A DNA stretch of 64,000 nucleotides, taken from assembly GCF_003918875.1 (NCBI RefSeq), contig NW_025767185.1, forward strand, positions 62,001 through 126,000, given 5' to 3'. Shown one piece after another: positions 53,650 through 64,000 of the stretch. The stretch comes from Haliotis rubra (Eukaryota). Both the position numbers and the translations under genes were made by a program. The first letter of the stretch is position 1. Each line of letters opens with the position of its first letter. The notes beneath the pieces are model-generated. The model did not search any database. It was given only the letters and a program-made list of their open reading frames with translations, and was not told the origin of the DNA.

Positions 53650-54848
53650 TGTTTCCTCAGCTACTGGTGTAATGTGATCAGATGTTTCCTCAGCTACTGG
53701 TGTAATGTGATCAGATGTTTCCTCAGCTACTGGTGTAATGTGATCAGATGTTTCCTCAGCTACTGGTGTAATGTGATCAGATGTTTCCTCAGCTACTGGT
53801 GTAATGTGATCAGATGTTTCCTCAGCTACTGATGTAATGTGGCCAGATGTTTCCTCAGCTACTGGTGTAATGTGATCAGATGTTTCCTCAGCTACTGGTG
53901 TAATGTGATCAGATGTTTCCTCAGCTACTGGTGTAATGTGATCAGATGTTTCCTCAGCTACTGGTGTAATGTGATCAGATGTTTCAGCTACTGGTGTAAT
54001 GTGATCAGATGTTTCCTCAGCTACTGGTGTCATGTGGCCAGATGTTTCCTCAGCTACTGGTGTCATGTGATCAGATGTTTCCTGATCAGATGTTTCCTCA
54101 GCTACTGGTGTAATGTGATCACGTTTCCTCAGCTACTGGTGTAATGTGATCAGATGTTTCCTCAGCTACTGATGTGTAATGTGGCCAGATGTTTCCTCAG
54201 CTACTGGTGTAATGTGATCAGATGTTTCCTCAGCTACTGGTGTAATGTGATCAGTGTAATGTGATCAGATGTTTCCTCAGCTACTGGTGTAATGTGATCA
54301 GATGTTTCCTCAGCTACTGGTGTAATGTGATCAGATGTTTCCTCAGCTACTGGTGTAATGTGGCCAGATGTTTCCTCAGCTACTGGTGTCATGTGGCCAG
54401 ATGTTTAATCAGCTACCGGTGTCATGTAGCCAGATGTTTAGTCAGCTACTGGTGTCATGTGGCCAGATGTTTAATCAGCTACTGGTGTCATGTGGCCAGA
54501 TGTTTCCTCAGCTACTGGTGTCATGTGGCCAGATGTTTAATCAGCTACTGGTGTCATGTGGCCAGATGTTTAATCAGCTACTGGTGTAATGTGATCAGAT
54601 GTTTCCTCAGCTACTGGTGTAATGTGGCCAGATGTTTAATCAGCTACTGGTGTCATGTGGCCAGATGTTTCCTCAGCTACTGGTGTAATGTGATCAGATG
54701 TTTCCTCAGCTACTGGTGTAATGTGATTAGATGTTTCCTCAGCTACTGGTGTAATGTGATCAGATGTTTCCTCAGCTACTGGTGTAATGTGATCAGATGT
54801 TTCCTCAGCTACTGGTGTCATGTGGCCAGATGTTTAATCAGCTACTGG
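53650..54848. repeat. 33-bp minisatellite (cagatgtttcctcagctactggtgtaatgtgat)
   Basis: Regular units; degenerate copies continue to about 55030. Confidence 0.97.
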
Positions 54849-55680
54849 ATCAGTGTGGTAGGATATATTTCCAGCTACTGGGTCGATGTGCTCAGATAGT
54901 TATCATCTACTACTAATTGGTCAAAAGGTTTATCAGTTTTTTCCATCTTCCGGGTCGATGTGGTCAGATGATTTCTCAGTAATTGGAGTGTTGTGTGTTT
55001 TAGTCAGGTGTGTTTCCCAGCTGCTGGTTTGATGTGGGACAGGGGTGTTTTTGAATATTGATTTGTTTAGATGTGTTTAGCTATAACAATCATACGGGGC
55101 AATTATTGGAAATAGCGAATAAAATACACGTATTTTACCGTGAACAATGAACATGACAACGGTTGTTGTTCATTTTATTAATGAAAGTAAAGATAGAATA
55201 TAAGGATTTAATTTATGTAATTTGATTGATTCTATTATGAGATAAAACTCATTCGGCTGATATTTCAAGTAAACTTATAATGAACACACAAGTGATATAT
55301 TTTCGAAGGTAGCACAAAACTGTATACAGCTGAACTGCGAGACGATATGACTGGATGACACGACCGTTGCTGGGGGAAGAAGTATGCCATTCAGTCATTG
55401 GGCAGTGTAAGTCTCGTGGCAAGAATGCTGCTGTAACAACCGATACGGCCGGAATGTGAAGCCACTCGTAATTACTGTCCAAATGGAGCACAAGCTGCGC
55501 CAGTAACGTTGTTACCGCCTTGTTTCTTAGATAATGATATCATGGCCAAACACAAAAGATACATACTCTACGTATATATTGAGGAAATCGATTCGCACCG
55601 AAAATTGCGACAACAGTTCTAAAGACTGTTTGAAATCAGTCCGTAGTCTGTCACACAGACCTCGAAGCATGACGGCCCAT

Positions 55681-55744
55681 GCAAGTCTAGAATATGTGGC
55701 AAGTCTAGAATATGTGGCTAGTCTAGAATATGTGGCAAGTCGAG
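55681..55744. repeat. 18-bp tandem repeat, about 3.5 copies (gcaagtctagaatatgtg)
   Basis: Read directly from the sequence. Confidence 0.92.
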
Positions 55745-57769
55745 ACAACTGTTTTTTCTGATAAAACGAGACGAGTTGTTACTAATAGTCTGATCAGTCC
55801 CTTTCTTTAATTAATAGAGTGCAAATAACACCGACTTTCTTCAGTAGTATAGCATGCGAACACTTGTTCGCCAGTTGAAATCCTGTCAGCTGGCGTTGAA
55901 TAACATTTTAAGACAGGATTGAAGTTTGGCTGCAGCATGTCAAAACATCCTCCGTGTATCTCCAAGTTATGTTGAGCTGACGTCATCGTTACCCAGCATG
56001 ACAAAAGACTGTCGTTAGGTCATTACAGGCCTGTCTGCCAGGCTTTCACCCCTCCAGCCAACATCACCCCACCCATAGTCTACTGTGACGCTCTGTGTTT
56101 TTGTTTGCCTGTTGGCTCACCATTCACCATCTTCCTAAACTGTCAAGTCATTAGTCGACCGCCTGCGTGTTCTGTTTAGGGAGGCGGTAATTATTGCCAG
56201 ATCTCGGGGTTCGAATCCTAAAATGTGCTAAATGATATCATTTCCTTAAGATACTTAGCATTTGGAGTAAACTGCATTTTGCTGTGAGGTATGCAGGTCT
56301 AGAACGAGCTTTGTGATTACGTACAACCCATGCTGAGAGATTTCACACAGACAGATGGGAGTAGGGGCCGCTTATTACAGCCCATGAGCTCCTCGGCTTT
56401 ATGCCGACTAGAATGTGCACACACGACCAGTATTCACATGTAATAAGCCACTGCACATCAAATTCACTCAATCTTGAAGCAATTTATTTCTTAAGGATAG
56501 TCCATACCTCTTGTATAAAACGCTGAACACTATTCTAATTTATATGCTTTCCCAAGTGACAGTTTTGAGACGACTCTCGTGTCACTTCATTTGCATACAG
56601 GTGCACGTTGTTATGTCTGACGGGGTAAGAGTCTCGAGAACTCTCGTGTAATACGAGATGCAGGTCTGTGCAGCTGTTTAAATGAAGAAAACACAATAGA
56701 TTCGAGATGCATTATGTGCGATGTAATTGTTTTCAGTTCTTCCCCATTAGCATGTGATTTTGTGTAATGCATATCTAATGGTTGCCCTTAAATAGCCTCA
56801 ACCTTTCTACACCATACACGACAGACGTAGCTGAACAGTGATTGACAGGAGTCGTGTAAAGTTTATTCTGCAAAATGATTATTAATATCTGATCGCAACT
56901 GTGAACGCGTGTCGAGTAATGAAATTTATCTTGTCAAAATTAACAGATGAAACAAACGACATTTGAAAAGCGAAGTTATCAATCAGTTTCAAAATGGCTA
57001 CTGCTCCAGACATCCATGTTGTCTGTGTAGAATGTTCTGAAATCTGAGTCATCGTCTCGCGTATTTTGCGTGTGATTTGCATGCCCCTGTGCACTCACGC
57101 CCCAGCGGTTCAAAAGACCTCTTGACAGATTAGCATGAGGGATTCCTACCCCAGCTACAATGAACCAAATCTGCCCAATATCTCGTCTCCCAAGAAGAAA
57201 GACGCTGAAAAAATCTTCCCAGGCACATCTGTCGTACAGTGTAAGGTTTGCCATTGAAAAGTTAATTGATACCCGCTAATTAATGAGCAGTGATTGATGA
57301 CCGGGGACGGTTTATGTAAAGCTCACAGGAGTATAAAGAAGAATAAAAATATAGGGATTTTCTTGGCCCTTGCATAATTCGAGTTAATTAAACTTGTGCT
57401 TGAAATTGAAACTATGAATAATAGTCACGCTCGGTAGAAACACGTCCCTGGGAGGGGTTTCATACCCGCATGCACATAGCGGCGCGTGGTCTGTGATACT
57501 TGACCCAGTACCAGTCATAGATAAGTGTACGGAACCATTATATGTAAATCAGGGGTTCCAACCGCTATTCATCGATTTAGTATACTTGAAATGAACGTTT
57601 AAATACAAAATGTATACATCGGTTAAATACAGACACACTACGGTAAAGCTTTGAGAAAAAGTTTGTGTCAGTCATTCAGAAATGGTTTTGATAAGGGGTT
57701 AGGGAGTGGGCGTGGCGGTGGTGGATTGGTGGTGGTGGTGGTGGGATCATTGATAGTAGATGTGAAGAT

Positions 57770-59412
57770 GTGTTGAAACACTGCTATTCTCTTTGATGAA
57801 GATGAGGTGGATGACTGCATATCTCACTTGATGAGGTGGAACACTGCATGTCTCACTTGATGAGGTGGAACACGTACTGCATGTCTCATTGATGTGGTGG
57901 AACACTGCATGTCTCACTTGATGTGGTGGAACACTGCATATCTCACTTGATGAAGTGGAACACTGCATGTCTCACTTCATGAGGTGGAGCACTGCATGTC
58001 TCATTGATGTGGTGCACTGCATATCTCACTTGATGAGGTGGAACACTGCATGTCTCACTTGATGAGGTGGAGCACTGCATGTCTCACTTGATGAGGTGGA
58101 ACACTGCATGTCTCACTTGATGAGGTGGAACACTGCATGTCTCATTTGATGAGGTGGAACACTGCATGTCTCACTTGATGAGGTGGAACACTGCATGTCT
58201 CATTTGATGAGGTGGAGCACTGCATGTCTCACTTGATGAGGTGGAACACTGCATGTCTCACTTGATGAGGTGGAACACTGCATGTCTCACTTGATGAGGT
58301 GGAGCACTGCATGTCTCATTGATGAGGTGGAGCACGGCATATCTCACTTGATGAGGTGGAGCACTGCATGTCTCACTTGATGAGGTGGAACACTGCATGT
58401 CTCACTTGATGAGGTGGAGCACTGCATATCTCACTTGATGAGGTGGAACACTGCATGTCTCACTTCATGAGGTGGAACACTGCATGTCTCACTTGATGAG
58501 GTGGAACACTGCATGTCTCACTTGATGAGGTGGAGCACTGCATGTCTCACTTGATGAGGTCGAACACTGCATGTCTCACTTGATGAGGTGGAACACTGCA
58601 TGTCTCATTTGATGAGGTGAAACACTGCATGTCTCACTTCATGAGGTGGAACACTGCATGTCTCACTTGATGAGGTGGAACACTGCATGTCTCACTTGAT
58701 GAGGTGGAACACTGCATGTCTCACTTGATGAGGTGGAACACTGCATGTCTCACTTGATGAGGTGGAGCACTGCATGTCTTACTTGATGAGGTGGAACACT
58801 GCATGTCTCACTTGATGAGGTGGAACACTGCATGTCTCACTTGATGAGGTGGAGCACTGTATGTCTCACTTGATGAGGTGGAACAGTGCATGTCTCACTT
58901 CATGAGGTGGAGCACTGCATGTCTCACTTGATGAGGTGGAACACTGCATGTCTCACTTGATGAGGTGGAACACTGCATGTCTCACTTGATGAGGTGGAAC
59001 ACTGCATGTCTCACTTGATGAGGTGGAACACTGCATGTCTCACTTGATGAGGTGGAGCACTGCATGTCTCACTTGATGAGGTGGAACACTGCATGTCTCA
59101 CTTCATGAGGTGGAGCACTGCATGTCTCACTTGATGAGGTGGAGCACTGCATGTCTCACTTCATGAGGTGGAGCACTGCATGACTCACTTGATGAGGTGG
59201 AACACTGCATGTCTCACTTGATGAGGTGGAACACTGCATGTCTCATTTGATGAGGTGCTGCACTGCATATCTCATTTGATGAGGTGGTGTACTGTTAGAT
59301 GAAAGATGTGGTGGAGCACTGCGATTCTCACTGGATGAGGTTTGAACACTGCATGCATCAGTTGATGTGGTGAACACTGAAATCCTCATTTGATGAAGTG
59401 GCGCACTGCATA
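57770..59412. repeat. 29-bp minisatellite (cacttgatgaggtggaacactgcatgtct)
   Basis: Homogeneous core at about 57.95-59.25 kb with degenerate units at both edges. Confidence 0.97.
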
Positions 59413-59984
59413 TCTAACTGTGCCTTTCGTTGAATTTATCCTTACGTCAGATCGCATAAGGCGAGATGAGTCGCTTTAATCTCTCTGCGTCTTTTATGGA
59501 AAGAAAAGCAATTAGACTAACGAATCTCTTGATCCCAGGGCGAGTGTGCTACGATGGAAGAGAAAACGGCGGGAAAACACGACGTATCGTCTTTTACTTT
59601 AACATCAAAAAGACTTGGGCAGATTGCTCACTGTTTGTCTTCTTTTGAAAAGCTCCTGTATATTACGTCCTTCTATTTGCAGCAAAAATTGTCCTCTTTG
59701 TGTATTCCGGAGCTCTTTGCACAATAGACGAATATATTTCCAATGGAAATGTCGACAATACTCTTGCTGGCATCAAACAGGGCTATATAGATGTAATGAG
59801 GATCCGTTGGGTCAGTCATAAACGACATTGAGAATAAAAAGTCGTTATCAAAGAGGACGTCAAGTTTTACAGTCAGATATATTAGTTTCATCTGTTTTGG
59901 GCCTGGGTGATCATATCTGATGATCTTTGTTCTTTTGAGCGTCAATGGTGTCCTAAATTCTGTAAAACACCACACCACTACACA

Positions 59985-62900
59985 ATCACTGTCATGTCAG
60001 ACAACACCGCAGTCTCACACCATCATTATCATGTCAGACAACACAGCCTCACACCATCACTGTCATGTCAGACAACACAGCCTCACACCATCACTGTCAT
60101 GTCAGACAACACAGTCTAACACCATCACTGTCATGTCAGACAACACAGCCTCACACCATCACTGTCATGTCAGACAACACAGCCTCACACCATCACTGTC
60201 ATGTCAGACAACACAGCCTCACACCATCACTGTCATGTCAGACAACACAGCCTCACACCATCACTGTCATGTCAGACAACACAGCCTCACACCATCACTG
60301 TCATGTCAGACAACACAGTCTAACACCATCACTGTCATGTCAGACAACACAGCTTCACACTATCACTGTCATGTCAGACAACTCAGTCTCACACCATCAC
60401 TGTCATATCAGACAACAGAGTCTCACACCATCACTGTCATGTCAGACAACATCGCCTCACACCATCACTGTCATGTCAGACAACACCGCCTCACACCATC
60501 ACTGTCATGTCAGACAACACACCCTTACACCATCACTGTCATGTCAGACAACACAGCCTCACACCATCACTGTCTTGTCAGAAAACACAGCTTCACACTA
60601 TCACTGTCATGTCAGACAACAGAGTCTCACACCATCACTGTCATGTCAGACAACACCGCCTCACACACACCACCACTGTCATGTCAGACAACACAGTCTC
60701 ACACCATCACTGTCATGTCAGACAACACAGCCTCACACCATCACTGTCATGTCAGACAACACAGTCTCACACTATCACTGTTATGTCACACAACACAGCC
60801 TCACACCATCACTGTCATGTCAGACAACACAGCCTCACACCATCACTGTCATATCAGACAACAGAGTCTCACACCATCACTGTCATATCAGACAACACTG
60901 ACTCACACCATCACTGTCATGTCAGATAACACAGTCTCACACCATCACTGTCATGTCTGACAACACAGACTCACACCATCACTGTCATGTGAGACAACAC
61001 AGCCTCACACCATCACTGTCATGTCAGATAACACAGTCTCACACCATCACTGTCATGTCTGACAACACAGACTCACACCATCACTGTCATGTCTGACAAC
61101 ACAGCCTCACACCATCACTGTCATATCAGACAACACAGTATCACACCATCACTGTCATGTCAGATAACACAGTCTCACACCATCACTGTCATATCAGACA
61201 ACACAGTATCACACCATCACTGTCATGTCTGACAACACAGACTCACACCATCACTGTCATGTCAGACAACACAGACTCACACCATCACTGTCATGTCAGA
61301 TAACACCGTCTCACACCATCACTGTCATGTCTGACAACACAGACGCACACCATCACTGTCATGTCTGACAACACAGCCTCACACCATCACTGTCATCTCT
61401 GACAACACAACCTCACACCATCGCTGTCATCTCTGACAACACAGTCTCACACCATCACTGTCATGTCAGACAACACAGTATCACACCATCACTGTCATGT
61501 CAGACAACACAGCCTCACACCATCACTGTCATGTAAGACAACACAGTCTCACACCATCACTGTCATGTCAGATAACACCGCCTCACACCATCACTGTCAT
61601 GGCAGAAAACACAGCCTCATACCATCACTGTCATGGCAGACACCACAGCCTCACACCTTCACTGTCATGTCAGACAACACATCTCTCACATCACAGCCTC
61701 ACACCATCACTGTCTTGTCAGACAACACCACAGCTTCACACCATCACTGTCATGTCAGACAACACAGCCTCACACCATCACTGTCATGTCAGACAACACA
61801 ACCTCACACCATCAGTGTCATGTGAAACAGCACAGCCTCACACCATCACTGTTATGTCAGACAACACAGCTTCACACCATCACTGTCATGTCAGACAACA
61901 CAGTCTCACACCATCACTGTCATGTCAGACAACACAGCCTCACACCATCACTGTCATGTCAGACAACACAGCCTCACGCCATCACTGTCTTGTCAGACAA
62001 CACAGTCTCACACCATCACTGTCATGTCAGACAACACAGCCTCACACCATCACTGTCATGTCACACAACACAGCCTCACACCATCACTGTCATCTCTGAC
62101 AACACAGCCTCACACCATCACTGTTATGTCAGACAACACAGCTTCACACCATCACTGTCATGTCAGACAACACAGTCTCACACCATCACTGTCATGTCAG
62201 ACAACACAGTCTCACGCCATCACTGTCATGTCAGACAACACAGTCTCACACCATCACTGTCATGTCAGACAACACAGCCTCACACCATCACTGTCATGTC
62301 AGACAACACAGTCTCACACCATCACTGTCATGTCAGACAACACAGTCTCACACCATCACTGTCATGTCAGACAACACAGTCTCACACCATCACTGTCATG
62401 TCAGACAACACAGTCTCACGCCATCACTGTCATGTCAGACAACACAGCTTCACACCATCACTGTCATATCAGACAACACAGTATCACACCATCACTGTCA
62501 TGTCAGACAACACAGCCTCACACCATCACTGTCATATCAGACAACACAGACTCACACCATCACTGTCATCTCTGACAACACAGCCTCACACCATCACTGT
62601 CATATCAGACAACACAGACTCACACCATCACTGTCATCTCTGACAACACAGTCTCACACCATCACTGTCATGTCTGACAACACAGTCTCACACCATCACT
62701 GTCATGTCAGACAACACAGTCTCACACCATCACTGTCATATCAGACAACACAGACTCACACCATCACTGTTATGTCAGACAACACAGCTTCACACCATCA
62801 CTGTCATGTCAGACAACACAGTCTCACACCATCACTGTCATGTCAGACAACACAGTCTCACGCCATCACTGTCATGTCAGACAACAGAGTCTCACACCTT

Positions 62901-63440
62901 CACTGTCATGTCAGACAACACAGTCTCACACCATCACTGTCATGTCAGACAACACAGTCTCACGCCATCACTGTCATGTCAGACAACAGAGTCTCACACC
63001 TTCACTGTCATGTCAGACAACACAGCCTCACACCATCACTGTCATGTCAGACAACACAGTCTCACGCCATCACTGTCATGTCAGACAACACAGCCTCACA
63101 CCATCACTGTCATGTCAGACAACACAGTATCACACCATCACTGTCATCTCTGACAACACAGTCTCACACCATCACTGTCATGTCAGACAACACAGCCTCA
63201 CACCATCACTGTCAAGTCAGACAACACAGCCTCACACCATCACTGTCTTGTCAGACAACACAGCTTCACACCATCACTGTCATATCAGACAACACAGTCT
63301 CACACCATCACTGTCATGTCAGACAACACTGTCTCACACCATCACTGTCATGTCAGACAGCACAGCCTCACACCATCACTGTCATGTCAGACAACACAGC
63401 TTCACACCATCACTGTCATGTCAGACAACACCAGTCTCAC
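59985..63440. repeat. 34-bp minisatellite, about 100 copies (cacaccatcactgtcatgtcagacaacacagcct)
   Basis: Regular tandem copies. Confidence 0.98.
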
Positions 63441-63678
63441 AAAGACACTCAGAGACGTCAGCTTTAATCACAATCCCACCATGGGGCACTACGGTTCAAA
63501 TTCTGAAAGCACGAAGCTACCTGATACCAATACTTAAATGTGTGAAGCGGCTCAATAATATGCCTTTAGTGTGTGCATAATGCTGGTTGAGCACATGATC
63601 CTTGAGACAGGCTTCCTGGGTTTAAGAATAACGCCAAGGGAAAAAAGTAAAAGTGTTCCTTTGACGTAAACGGAGAAG

Positions 63679-63685
<7 letters not shown>

Positions 63686-63739
<54 letters not shown>
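63686..63739. repeat. (AT)n microsatellite
   Basis: Perfect dinucleotide run. Confidence 0.99.
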
Positions 63740-63741
<2 letters not shown>

Positions 63742-64000
63742 GGAATGCATATGTAATTTAAGACATATAAGTTATCTATATTTCTGTGTCACTTTTTAGT
63801 GTTCTACATACTTGCTTCCCAAGGGTTAAGCCGATATTCGACCTAAGAGATAGTTCTCATACTCGTTTGAGAACTAATGTTTGCTTAAACCCACAAGTGA
63901 GCATCTTAACATAGCGAGTCGCTTCAAATATAACTTGGAGATTACTCCCGTCCCTCTGAGCCTAGAGACTAGAAGCCAAACCCAATTACGTAAGAGAAAA

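Noticed and set aside
56200-56222. Isolated B-box ggttcgaatcc
   Set aside because: No clear A-box, SINE body or TSD nearby.
57695-57745. Telomeric ttaggg within a G-rich tract
   Set aside because: Single hexamer next to a (ggt)n run; not an interstitial telomeric array.
57815-59290. Tandem hammerhead ribozymes (tgatgag...gaac)
   Set aside because: Lacks CTGANGA and GAAA cores and a stem II; the unit is too short.

Overview
Eukaryotic, repeat-dominated genomic DNA with no confidently identifiable host gene. It is probably invertebrate; the SINE and minisatellite style recalls gastropod molluscs such as abalone, which is from memory and unverified. Roughly 60% of the window consists of about 15 different strand-asymmetric mini/microsatellite arrays (units of 18-59 bp), and nearly all long ORFs in the track are translations of these arrays. 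Recognisable mobile elements are: two defective Tc1-family (DD34E) transposons in inverted head-to-head orientation bracketing about 10 kb of minisatellites (40735-41954 minus, 51932-53238 plus); two tRNA-Asp-like SINE copies with TSDs; a third short retroposon with the same 3' tail but a structured, non-tRNA 5' head; and an L2-type LINE 3' fragment inserted in a minisatellite. There is a 138-N gap, and two array stretches look like unpolished long-read sequence. The best leads are the composite-transposon-like Tc1 pair sharing three inactivating lesions, the pseudoknot-headed retroposon, and a TALE/POU motif cluster at 56.6-57.3 kb. I see no strong evidence for a wholly new biological system.
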